This document shows positions 39,941 through 52,469 of a DNA stretch of 64,000 nucleotides, one piece after another. Origin of the DNA: Octopus sinensis (lineage: Eukaryota); contig NC_043002.1 of NCBI RefSeq assembly GCF_006345805.1, positions 36,642,001-36,706,000 of the forward strand, in the 5' to 3' direction. The notes beneath the pieces are model-generated. The model worked only from the letters and a program-made list of their open reading frames with translations. It did no database searches and was not told the DNA's origin. The position numbers and the translations under genes are program-made. Position 1 is the first letter of the stretch. Each line of letters opens with the position of its first letter.

Positions 39941-39982
<42 letters not shown>

Positions 39983-40021
39983 ATATATATATACATGCAT
40001 ATATATATGTATATATATGTA

Positions 40022-40063
<42 letters not shown>

Positions 40064-40146
40064 CATACATACATACATATATAAAATTTATTATTTCTAA
40101 ATCTCTCAAAGAGAGATATTCAGTAACAGTACTTTAAAGTAAAGAT

Positions 40147-40375
40147 ATAATGTGGCAGTCCTAGATGGGACGAATATTACTGTTGTTTAGCCCCAGAAAA
40201 CATCGTTTCCAGCTGGCTATATGACACAATATCTCAAACAGGGGAGCTTACCACTCCCATCCAGCAGAAAGCAGCATATGTGGACCAGTTTCTGGGTTAT
40301 TGCTCCTTATCAGCACTGAGTATCTGTTCAGCTAGATGGCGCTGCTGAATTCCTGTTCTAGGACTGCCGCATTAT
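40147..40375. mobile_element. 229-bp element with 19-bp terminal inverted repeats and an internal hammerhead-like motif
   Basis: ataatgtggcagtcctaga (40147-40165) versus tctaggactgccgcattat (40357-40375), 1 mismatch. Confidence 0.6.
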
Positions 40376-40388
40376 GTTGGCAAATAGT

Positions 40389-40468
<80 letters not shown>

Positions 40469-40747
40469 GAAGGAGAGAGGGAGGTGTTATTAAACTGAAG
40501 GACTGGACTGAATGGTTGCAAGAAAGTGGACTTCTTGGCTAAAGGTACCCAACTGGTGCTATTAAACCAGGTGGCAGAATAAGTGTATCACCTGAGAGTA
40601 AACCTATCACCTAAAATGGTTCTTGCACAGTTAATCTAAGGAGCTTTTAATTTATTCCTCTCTGAATGTTTTACTATCTGGTCCTTGTGCTATTAATCCA
40701 AGGAGCTTATCCCCTTTTCATCACAGTACTTGGATCTATGCTTATTG

Positions 40748-40873
40748 ACGAGGGTGTGCTGATAAATATCTGGCTTGAAGAGTATTGCAAAAGCTTGGCT
40801 GGAGATTCAACCTTCTGAGTTCTTTTACAGGGCTTAGAAAAACTGAAGGACCACTGCAATAATCTGAGAGGTG

Positions 40874-40907
<34 letters not shown>

Positions 40908-41478
40908 GTTTAACGTCCGCTTTCAGTGCTAGCATGAATTGGACGATTTGACTGAGGACTGGCGAACCAGATGGCTGCACCAGGCCCTACAGCTGGATGC
41001 CCTTCCTAATGCCAACCACTCCGCGAGTGTAGTGGGTGCTTTTATGTGCCACCGGCATGAGGGCTAGTCAGGCAGTACTGGCAATGGCCATGCTCAAATT
41101 GTGTTTTTTATGTGCCACCTGCACAGGAGCTAGTCCAGTGGCACTGGCAACAACCTCGCTTGAATGTTTTTTCACGTGCCAGTAAGGCGATGCTGGTAAC
41201 GATCATGCTCGACTGGTGCTTTTTACATGCCACCGGCACAGAAACCAGTTAGCTGCTCTGGCAGCAGTCATGCTCGGATGGTGCTCTTAGCACTCCACTA
41301 GCATGGATGCCAGTCATCGAATTTGATTTCGAGTTCAATTTCACTTGCCTCAACAGGTCTTCGCAAGCAAAGTTTAGTGTCCAATGAATAGGTGGAATAT
41401 GTTGAATAAAATCATAATCAACTGATCCTCATGTATTTCCTTTTACCCAAAGCCAGAAACTTTTCAGCGCTTTCTCAT
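40748..41478. mobile_element. Mariner-derived MITE interrupted by a family C insertion
   Basis: Degenerate TIRs gagggtgtgctgataaatatctggctt / aagccagaaacttttcagcgctttctc enclose the 40877-41390 insertion. Confidence 0.5.
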
Positions 41479-42800
41479 ATATATTTTACTAACTGGTTCT
41501 TACATTAAATCCAAGGAATTTATATCCTTTACACTACAGTATTTGAACACATTCATATATGAATGTTTTACTATCTGTATAGTGTACATATTGACTTTGT
41601 TTGACAATATGGTTAAATATGACTGCTTTTTTTTAGAAAATTTCAACAAGGAAAGGTCAAACAAGCACAAATCAAGTCATTTATCTATTTTCACTTTGCA
41701 TTTAGAACTTAAAAGCTTACAAATGATATTTCTGTAGGATAACTTGTTTATTTTTTGTTATTTTTACAACTTTTAACATCAAAATTGCTTTAAGGAACTT
41801 AGTGTTGGAGTGTATAATTTGTTTCTTTCTTTGTTTTTAATTTCTTTTTAAATATAAAATATTTCAAGTAGTGATAAGATAATATATTTTGTGAAATAAA
41901 AACTTAAGAAATGATCAGAAGTTAAAGAAATTACACAAGAATTATAACATTGGAAAGGCAAAACAGGATTGGTAAAAGATAATGGCATATCTGGAAAATT
42001 CTATGAAAGGTAGGTTTTCTTTTACTAAAAATATAATAAAATGCTTGGAAGATACTCTGACAACAGCAAGACAGATATCTAAGAAGTAGGACTTTGTAGC
42101 TAAAATGCATCTTAATACTTTATCAATTTGGTTTCTCGCTTTTTAAAAGATTTTCATTTTATTTATTTATTTGTTTGTTTGTTTACTTGTTTATTTATTT
42201 TCTTCATTCATCATGTTCCTCTTGTATTTCTTTTTAAAATCATTAGACTGATCCATTGAGCGAAGTGAGCAAGAAAATCTGAAAAATTTCTAAGCCAGCA
42301 GCCAAATTCTTAACAAGTAGATATAACTGAGAGAGAGACAAACAACAGCAGCAACAACAAGAACAAAAAGAACAAGAACAACAACAGTTATATATATAAA
42401 AAAATAATACTTACAAAAAATAAAAAAATAATCCCATCACCATTATTGCTACCAACACCAGCACCACCATTACCACCACTAATGCTACTACTACCAACAA
42501 AAGTAACTGAGAAAATATCAGTATATATAAATGACCAATACAACAATGATGACAACCACAATAACGGTGGAGGTGCAATGGCTCAGTGATTAGGGCAGCG
42601 AACTTCACTGGTTTCAGTCATTGGACTGTGGTCATGCTGGAGCACTGCCTTGATACATTTAGTCAAAAAAATTGACCCCTGTAACTTATTTTTTAAGTCT
42701 GGTACTTATTGCATTAGTCTCTTTTGCCAAACTGATAAGTTTTAGGGTTGTAAACAAACCAGCACTGGTTGTCAAGTGATGATGGTAGGGAACAAACATA

Positions 42801-42841
<41 letters not shown>

Positions 42842-44611
42842 GCACACACACACACACAAACAGACACACGTACATATGTTGGGTTTCCACATAGTTTTCA
42901 TCAACCAAATTCACACATAAGACACTGGCTAATCTAGGGCCATAATAGAAAACACTCTCTCAGTGTGCCACACTGTGAGATTGAACTTGAGACCACATGG
43001 TTGCAAAGGGAGCTTTTTAACCTCACAGCTCTGCCTCAAATCACACCCCAACATCTCAGGAAACAAGATAATGAAGTCCTAGCTCATGAGGTAGGATGGT
43101 CACAGTTGGAATGTTTCTGATTATAGTTCTGCTCAATCTGGGATGACCTGGAGTCAAACAACAACCATCAACATCACCACTGCCAACAATGGGCTGACAC
43201 GAAAATCTCTTACTGATCACTCACCCTGCTAAAAATAGTTGCTAAATGCTCCTCAAATTACTCTCTACTGCTATGGAAAAAGGAAAGACATGTTGGATAA
43301 TGTAATCCCTGTTATACAAAATGCTGATGTGGTCATGGCTGGAGTGTTTTTTGATCATGGGTTTGTTGGTTCAGGAAGTGATTTGGAAGTGAAACAATAT
43401 TAACTATCAACTGCTGCTATACTACTACATGCCAATGAGAGGGCCTCTACATGGTCACTCGACTTGCTAGATAATGTAGCTAAATCTCCTTCAATTTACA
43501 CCCCACTGTCTTAAATAAAGACAGTACTTACAATAGTTTAATATAGCCCTGATTACCCTCAACAAGATGGAATGGCTATGACCAGCATGCTTTGATCATA
43601 TTAGCCTGCCCAATCAGAGTTAACAACAAACAACAGCAGTATTAATAGTACCAGCAGCAGTATTAATAGTACCAGCAGCAGCAGCAGCAAAGTTTTGGGG
43701 TTAATGATGGTGCCTCTACATGTTTTGTTTGATGTGCTAGAAATAACAGTCAAACCACCCTCAAATCATATCCCACTATCTTAGCAAAAGATGCATTGGG
43801 TGATGTAGTTCTGGGTTCCCTCCTGTACAGAAAATAAAAAAAATAAAATAAGAAAACCCTGATGGAATGGTCACAACCAGAGTGCCTTAAAGATTGTACA
43901 TTTGCTGACTGATTTGGGGCCAAACTACTACTGCCACCACCACCACCACCACCAACAGCAACAATAACTATATCCCCCCCTCCTCCTCCTCCTCATCATC
44001 ATCATCAAACAAACAGCAAACACACACCAACATTTTTATTTTGATAGTTTCATGTAAACACTGAGAATCAATAATTCTATAAACAGGGAGGTGGGGGGGG
44101 GGGACAAAAAGAGAAAAAAAACTGTGGTATGACTGGAGCCAGGCTTTATACATAAAGAGATCTTCAACAAAGAAGGAACTATCCTCTTTTCCATTTCCTG
44201 ACTTTGGAAAAATTAAAATGTATGCACATACACACAGACAGACAGACCCCCACCCCCCACAGAAGTATGAAATCCCTGCCAAGAAAAGGAAAAAAAAATC
44301 CCTACAGTTGCAACTCAACTCTTTATTTTCAAATAACTCAGAGTATAAGCATGAGGAAAAAAACATGCACTGAAAAAGATTATTGATAAATGGATTAAAA
44401 AACAAGGGAAGTTTTTGATATTTCTGAAATAATAAAAGTCAAGGTAAAAGAAATAAAACAGATAAAATGAACAAAATAATAATAAAAAAATAACAAAATA
44501 AAACTTTCTCAAAGTTGTTTATCCAAAGGTGATGGTAGTGGTGGTGGTGGGAGGGGGTGTAGGGACAAGATAGAGTGGCGGTATGATGAAATATAATTAT
44601 ATAAAAGAAAC

Positions 44612-44799
44612 ACAGTTCTATAGTCTTAAATATGAGGAATTGTGTACATTATTTACATTATTTAGACTTGATGTATATTTGTCCTCATCTTGTTTCCTGT
44701 TAATACAATGTTTCAGCTGATATACCCTCCAGCTTTCTTCAGGTGTCTTGGGGAAATTTTGAACCTGGGTTCTCATTCCTGAGGCATTTTTCGATGTTG

Positions 44800-44839
<40 letters not shown>

Positions 44840-45110
44840 CACTGCTTGGAATCAAACTCAGAATCTTGGGATTAGTAGCCCGTGCTCTTAACCACTATGA
44901 CATATGAATAATAATGATGATGGTAATAATAATAATGATAATAATAATAATAATAATAATAACAACAATAATAATAATAATAGCATCGAAAAATACCTTA
45001 GGTTTGAAATTTTCCCAAGACACCTGATGAATGCTGGAAGGTATATCAGCTGAAATGTGTTAACAACAAACAAGATGAGGACAAATATCCGTCAAATGTA
45101 AATAATATAT
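44612..45110. mobile_element. Fold-back tRNA-head/(AAT)n/hammerhead element, copy 1
   Basis: The left arm (minus, 44900-44612) has a tRNA-like head, (AAT)n and a hammerhead at 44702-44747. The right arm (plus) lacks the head and has CTGATGA...GAAA at 45024-45055. Confidence 0.75.
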
Positions 45111-45533
45111 ACGAAAAACAGTTATGCATATGTACACACACACACATACACACACACACAAACACACAAATACATACATATATGCTACATACATACATAC
45201 ATACATACATAAATCAAGACGTCTACCAAATGCAAACATTACCGGCTGGATATTATTGCTTGGGACAGACAAGAAAAAGTAGGGAGTCATAGAGATCAGT
45301 TGCCCTGCTTTGTGATGTTATTAGTATCGCAATACCTAAAGGCCTGAAATTTTGGGGGAGAGGGCCAGTCAATTAGATTGACATCAGTACGCAACTGGTA
45401 TTTAATTTATCGCCCCCGAAAGGATGAAAGGCAAAGTTGACCTCAGCAGAATTTGGACTCAGAACGTAAATACAGACAAAATACTGCTAAGCATGTCACC
45501 TGGCATGCTAATATATATATATATATACATACG

Positions 45534-45616
<83 letters not shown>

Positions 45617-45637
45617 TACATATATGTATGTATATAT

Positions 45638-45698
<61 letters not shown>

Positions 45699-45782
45699 GT
45701 TTACGAAAAAAACAAAAGATGAAGACAGGTGGTGTACAAAACAAACAGATGTATTAGTATAATGCTCAGGAATAGAAAAAGT

Positions 45783-45818
45783 CTTTTACGTTTCGACCCT
45801 ACGCTCTTCTACAGAAAG
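45783..45818 (-). ncRNA. Minimal hammerhead-like motif with variant core
   Basis: cttt-CTGTAGA-a-gagc-gtag-ggtc-GAAACG-TA-aaag. A6 is replaced by U. Same repeat family as 20716-20750. Confidence 0.5.
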
Positions 45819-45869
45819 GGACACAGAAAAAATGTGTATAGTGGCTTACGATCTATCATGGTGTATATA

Positions 45870-46742
45870 CAGGGTACAATGGGTAAATTGTTGCCATTTT
45901 ACATTTTTAATTTTGCACATGCACATTGCTTTTGATTTTGTTGATTACACAGTATAGTGGGGTCAGTTGGGCACTGTCTGAGAAAAACAGCACCATACCA
46001 TGATGCAATTCATTTTGGCAGAAATTTGGAAGCAACATGCTGTACTGCTTTGTATTCATGCAGGAAGCTCCAATATGAACATTTCAGAGTGCTTGGGTGT
46101 CAATCTGAGGACATGTACTGAGAGTGATAAAAATCAAACACCCAGTCAACACCATGGTTTTTGGAGTGATCACTCGTGATGGTGATGTTATGTCTCCATT
46201 CATCTTCCCACACAGCCTCAGACTTGACATGGAGGCCTACATCAAGTGCTTGGAGAAGGTAGTGCTGCCATGGGTCAAGAGGGTGGCTGCTGGAAGACCC
46301 TGTTTCTGGCAACAGGACTCTGCACCATGCCACACAAGCAGGAGAATCCAGTCATGGCTGTCAGATAATATCTGTGATGACATCACCCCTAACATCTGGC
46401 CACCTAACTCCCCAGATTGTAACCCTCTTGATTATTATGTGTGGGGCATAGTTGAGCAAGAGACCAACAAAACTCCTTGTAACACCAAAGAGGAACTGAA
46501 GGCAAGGATTATGGCATCATTCACCAACTTAAACAAGGAGACCATCCAGAAGAGTTGCAGAAGATCCCAAAGTTGTCTGGAGGCTGTGGTTGAATTGAGT
46601 GGTGATTTTATTGACTGAATTTACTCTTTAGTATTTCAAGATATTTTTATTTAATTTTGGTAAATACATCTTTTAAAATGAAATGTCAGTGTTATTTTCA
46701 TTTTTGTGTAATTTTAGACGACAATATATTCACTGCACCTTG
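45870..46742 (+). mobile_element. maT-family (DD37D) Tc1/mariner element, internally deleted
   Basis: TA-flanked imperfect TIRs cagggtacaatgggtaaattgttgcc / gacgacaatatattcactgcaccttg. ORF 46124-46618 has QQDSAPCH...WPPNSPDCNPLDYYVWG with 37 residues between the two Asp. Confidence 0.9.
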
Positions 46743-47103
46743 TACATATATGACTGGAAACTTCAAGCATTCAGAAGAATCCACAACACCTTGGAGAGGC
46801 AATGGTTCTTAACCTGGAAAGAGCAGGCAGCATGATGTGGTTGTGTGAAAGCTAAAAAGAAGCTCAGGGCTGATTATATCACTTGTCAATTCAATGACAA
46901 CTATGATATAGGCCTCTGAAGGAAAGAGGAATCTCCAGAAGACCCAAGGACACAGAGAAAAAAAAAACGATGAGATAGAGAGGCAGGGCAGTGGGTGAAT
47001 GACCATTTATGAACCATAGACATCAAAAGGGTAGCCTTGTGAGAGAGAGTGGAAACCTTATGTGTCACGTTGTAAGAAATCAAAAAGGAGAAGAAGCATA
47101 TAT

Positions 47104-47665
47104 ATGTACATTATTTACATTATTTACATTCGACGGATATTTGTCCCCGTTTCAGCTGATATACCCTCCAGTCTTCTTCAGGTGTCTTGGGGAAATTTTG
47201 AACCTGGGTTCTCATTCCTAAGGTATTGTTCAATGTTGTTATTATTATTATTATTATTATTCAGTAGTTTTATTTTTATTATTATTACTATTATTATTGT
47301 TCAGGTCACTGCTTGGAATCGAAGTTGGAATCTTGGGGTTAGTAGCCCGCGCTCTTAACCATTATGCCATATGCCTGTGGGCATAGTGGTTAAGAGCGTG
47401 GGCTACTAACCCCAAGATTCCAGCTTCGATTCCAAGCAGTGACCTGAACAACAACAACAACAATAACAACAACAACAATAATAATAATAACATCGAAAAA
47501 TACCTTAGGAATGAGAACCCAGGTTCGAAATTTCCCCAAGACACCTGAAGAAGGCTGGAGGGTATATCAGCCAAAACGTTGCGTTAACAATAAACAAGAT
47601 GAGGACAAATATACGTTGAATGTAAATAATGTACATAATTCCTCATCTCTTAAATATAGAACTGT
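47104..47665. mobile_element. Fold-back tRNA-head/(AAT)n/hammerhead element, copy 2
   Basis: Two head-to-head arms (47368-47104 minus; 47380-47665 plus). Each has ggcata.tggttaagagcg.gggctactaaccccaagattcca.cttcgattcc, an (AAT/AAC)n tract and a gacac-CTGAAGA...GAAACG motif. Confidence 0.8.
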
Positions 47666-49342
47666 ATTAGCATATATATGTGTTGTATGTGTGTGTTTGA
47701 TTGTATATGTTAGCTTGTTTATGTGTGTATGTCCATGTCTGTTTATGGCTCACACTTGTCGTTTATGTTGTGACCTTCTATGCCCTGTAAACTAACAGTT
47801 CAACAAACAGAAATTGATAAAAGCTGTATCAGACTGAAATAAATATTGTGGTTGAGATGATGATCAACTAAATCGTTGATGATGGTGCTCCTGCATGGCC
47901 ATAATCCAATAAGTAAAGCCAGTAAAAGAATGAAAGATTATATATTTATAGATAAATTATGTAAAGGTCAATAATTCTGCAACAACTGTGAGGTATTATG
48001 TTAAAGCAATGGATAAGATGTCTTGTTACATTTGTTCTGGCTCTTTGCATTCTCAATTCTTGTGTAGTAGATTTAATCCATCACCTACTTTTAGCTATGC
48101 ATGAACTGAAAGCATATTTTGTCTTGCTGTTTAGTCTCCTCATTAATAATCATTTCTATTAAAGGCACAAGGCCAGCAATTTTCAAGGAAGGGGATAAGT
48201 TGATTACATTGACCTCAGTGTTTCACTGGTACTTAATTTATTGACCCCAAAATGATGAAAGGCAAAGTCAACTTCAGCAGAATTTGAACTCAGAATGTAA
48301 AGATGGATGAATTTCATTGCATCGTTTCCTTTCATCATTCATAATTTTCTTTATTTAATTCATTTAATTTCATATTAAGCTCTTATTACATTAAAAATGA
48401 CTATAAAATAAAAAGGCCCATTTGATATTGTAGCCTTCGATACACAATGACCAAAACAAAAATTAAGCATTTTGCCCAGCACGCTAATGATTCTGCCAGC
48501 TCGCCACCTTAGTTTCCTCATTAATAAAGATTTCAAATTTTGGCACAAGGCCAGCAATTTCAGGAGAGGGGTTAAGTAGATTACATTGACTTTAGTGCTC
48601 AACTTCATCGAGCCCGAAAGGATGAAATGCAAAGTTGACCTTGGTGGAATATGAATTCAGAACATGATGATGGACAAAATGGTGCTAAACATTTTACCTG
48701 GTGTGCTAACAATTCTGCCTGCTTACCACCTTGGTCTCCTTATTAATAATGTCATTCAAATATAAAAAATATTTGGGGCTCATCTAAGTTTTCAATTGCA
48801 GAATTTTCTTCTAAGAGTGTAGTATTGAAATGTCAGAACATACTGGTGGCACATAAAAGCACCCATTACAATGTCAGAGGGGTTGGTGTTAGAAAGGGCA
48901 TCCAGCTGTTGAAACCATGCCAAATCAGACTGGAGTCTGGTGCAGCCTTTCAGCTTGCCAGCCCTGGTCAAACCATCAAACTCATGCCAGCATGGACAAC
49001 AGATGCTAAATGATGATGATGATGATGATACAAGTTTACTAACTCTTGTTATACCAACCTGCTTAAGACCTCTCTTAGGCAGGTTGGTATCAAAAAAACT
49101 CCTTGCTTTAAAATTATCTCAATTAAAACCTTCCTTCAAAATTTCATGTAAATTTATGTTCCAAACACCAGCTTAATAAAGATGAAGTTATTTTAATAAA
49201 TACTCCATTATTTTCAAAATTAAGTGAAGCAAAGACAGTGCATTTCAACAGCAAAATGGTAACAAAAGGGTTCATTCTGCACTGTGTAATGTACAGTAAA
49301 CTGGTCTGACAGCTATGGGAATTTGAAATACCTGCTCATAAT

Positions 49343-49570
49343 TTAACTCATTTGTTACCAACCCAGCTGAAACCAGCTCTGGCTCTGTAGTACAAATGTC
49401 TTGTTTTCAAAAGTTTTGAACTAAAATTTCCACCAAACCTTAGTCACAATTTATGTTCCTAACACTAGCTGAATGATAACTAAGTTATTTTACTAAATTC
49501 TTCGTTATATTTAAAGTAATTGAAAGAAGCACAGAGCAACTCAAAATAAATACAGTAACGAAAAGGTTAA
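49343..49570. mobile_element. TTAA-flanked MITE (piggyBac-like); related copy at about 49040-49272
   Basis: ttaactcatttgttacc...gtaacgaaaaggttaa. The internal sequence is shared with the adjacent copy. Confidence 0.6.
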
Positions 49571-49686
49571 CATAGATAATAAGAAGTTTTGGGCAATTGG
49601 CATCCAGAAAGTTGGTGTTGTATCCTTGGCCAGGTTAAGACCCAGAGAGGCCCTAAGCACTTAAAAAATTTTGGTGCCCCCATCTA

Positions 49687-50941
49687 TTCGGTTGGCAACT
49701 AAGTTCCTGCCGTTTTTTATAATTTTAGGATTTATTGCATTTTTAAATTTTGTAATCTATTTTTTCAAGAATTCTTTTTTTTGAATCATTTTGGAATCTA
49801 TTTTGTTTTTTTTTCTAGTTAATTTTAGTTTTGTTTATTTTCAGATCATTAAATTGGAATGCCAAGTTAAGAAAAACGAGCATTTTCAAAACCTCCTTCT
49901 TTTTGCTTTTAATCAAGGTTCTAAGGCCGCAAAAGCTGCTCGTGACATTTGCGCTGTGTATAGAGAGGCTGCCATAGCTGAACGAACCTCTCGTGATTGG
50001 TATGCCGAGTTCAAAAATGGAAATTTTGATCTCAAAGGCGCACCTCATTCTAGCTGTCCTCTTTGATGAAGAGCGATTAAACCAACTTTTGCATGAAAAT
50101 TCTCATCAAACGACAAGGGAACTGGCAGAGAAAATGGAATGCTCTCACACTGCTATAGAGAAGCATCTTCACTCAATGGGAAAGGTTCAGAAGTATGGAG
50201 TATGGGTTCCACATGCTTTAAGTGACAACAACAAAAATCAATGAGCCACAATCTCTGCTAGTTTGCTTGCTCGTTATTGTTCAACTCATGGACCAAGCAA
50301 TGATTATTTTACTGAATCGTTACTGGCGACGAAAAATGGTGCCAGTACATCAATATGAAGCAGCGTAAGGAATGGCTTAGCCCCGGTAAACAAGTGACAC
50401 TGCGCGTAAAACAAGATCTTCATCCATGTGAGACTGTGAAGGGATTATCCATTACGAATTGCTTGAATGGAACCAAACGGTCAACGTGGAAATCTATGTT
50501 AAATGGATGGAACAACTCAACATGGCTGTTCAAGAGAAAAGACTTAATCAGCAGCATGGAGTCCTTCTACTGCATGACAATGCCCACCCTCATATCTCCA
50601 ATATGACCAAGGAAGCCATTCAAATGCATGGCTGGAAAGTGCTGCCACACCTGCTGTACTCTCCTGATTTGGCACCAATGGATTTCCACTTCTTTTGATC
50701 TCTTTCAAATGCTATATGCGGAGTTTTGTTCAATACTGATGCAGAATTGAGAGCTTGGTTGGATCAATTTTTCGAGTCAAAATTGGGTGATTTCTACCAA
50801 CGAGATATTGAAAATCTTGTTGAACGTTGGGAAGAAGTTGTAAACAACAAAGGTGAATACATATACACTATTGATCAATTAGTTGTTATTTTTTTTATTA
50901 AACCTTTTAAAAAAACGGCGGGAACTTAGTTGCCAACCCCA
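49687..50941 (+). mobile_element. Full-length (~1.25 kb) decayed mariner (DD34D) transposon
   Basis: TA-flanked TIRs ttcggttggcaactaagttcctgccgtttttt / aaaaaacggcgggaacttagttgccaacccca. The frameshifted transposase retains WVPHAL, TGDEKW, HDNAHPH and YSPDLAPMDFH. Confidence 0.95.
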
Positions 50942-51903
50942 TATATGTAATCCAAAATATAAACAATATCATAAAATAAATTCATATTTTTCAAAATGAA
51001 ACAGAACTAACAGTAAGATGGAAAATAAAACTTATTTTCATATACGACTAAGTTTATTTACATTTCAAAAGTTTTCTCTGGCTTTTCTTAATAGCAGATT
51101 CTTTTATCAGATCCTCACTATAGTACCGTGAACACTTTGAAATTATTTTTCCAGTCATATAAACCACTTTCAATATTATTTTAGCAAGTTTAAAGTGATT
51201 TCTTTTGAGCCACAAATCATTTACCATTTCTGTAGTGCTCCTTTCCTTTGATGCTCTAAGCACATGCTTATTTTGCTTTATGGTTAATCCAGCACTGGTT
51301 GTATCTATATTAATATCCTTGAATTATTGAATACGTTGTAACTGAGACTATACACCTGGACCTCAACCTTAAATATCATTAGTTATATTAATCCCAATCA
51401 CAAATGTCATAACTAAGAGGAAATTGAAACATATTCACCAGTCTAAAATATCTTCACAATCAAATCTGTTGACTTATTAGACTGTCATTAGTTTTTAAAT
51501 ATTGCAATTGATATAATTGATATAATCAGTATGTCCAGCCTGACATCGTTCAAATGTTGGAGGCTTAAATATTCTTCTTTGGCTAACCAGGAAATATCAA
51601 GTTGAAATACATAAATTGTAAAATAAAACTTCTAAAATCTGGAAATCCTCACTTGATAATGACATTTCAAAAAATAATTTGCTAAGCTTCAAAGATACCA
51701 TCCAAGTAATTAACCTCTGTGATTAATTTTCTTTAAAATATGCTAATTTTTAATGTTTATTCACTTACAGTATTATACATGTACTCAGTGATTCTCTTAT
51801 CACTAATTTGGTATGTATGATGCCTAGAATTTGCTGAGGACTTCTAACAAAACTGAAACATATAAAGTTATCTCCCATACCTACCAAAATTATTTAAGTA
51901 ATA

Positions 51904-52469
51904 TTGAGTTGTCTGGAAAGTTTGTGCCAATTTATAGTAGCTTACCTTTCGACTTATTTTAGAACATGGTTGAGTTCATAAAATAGGATTTTACTACACC
52001 TCCATATAGAGCACAGTTTAAGCTATCTTTTCATGGAAGAAAGTTTATATTCCTGTAACCTGTGTTAATTCTGCAACCCTTTAAAATGGAAGATAAGAAA
52101 GTTCATTTTCGGCACTTGATGCTTTGGGAACCAGACAAAAACTGCTGCAGCTCGGCTGGGATGTGTTACCCCACCCTCCATATTCACCAAATATTGTTCC
52201 TTCGGATTTCCACTTGTTCAGGTCTCTGCAGAATAGTCTTAATGGTAAAAATTTCAATTCCTTGGATGAGGTAAAAAGATACCTTGATGAATTCTTTGCC
52301 ATGAAACCACCTCAATTCTGGGAAAAGGGTATTTTCAAGTTAAAGAAAAGATGGAGATGCATTGTGCAACAAAATGGCTCATATTTTGTTGATTAAAAAT
52401 GTAATGGCAAATATTTATTGACCATTTTCTTTCCTTTAAAAATCGGCACAAACTTTCCAGACAACCCAA
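51904..52469 (+). mobile_element. Internally deleted mariner (non-autonomous), copy 2
   Basis: Same TIRs and same deletion junction as 22357-22923; [33 protein letters not shown]. Confidence 0.9.

Noticed and set aside
43968-44405. 145-aa minus-strand ORF with a possible acceptor near 44197
   Set aside because: Low complexity, no similarity to Cav3 or any family I recognise, and no convincing donor.
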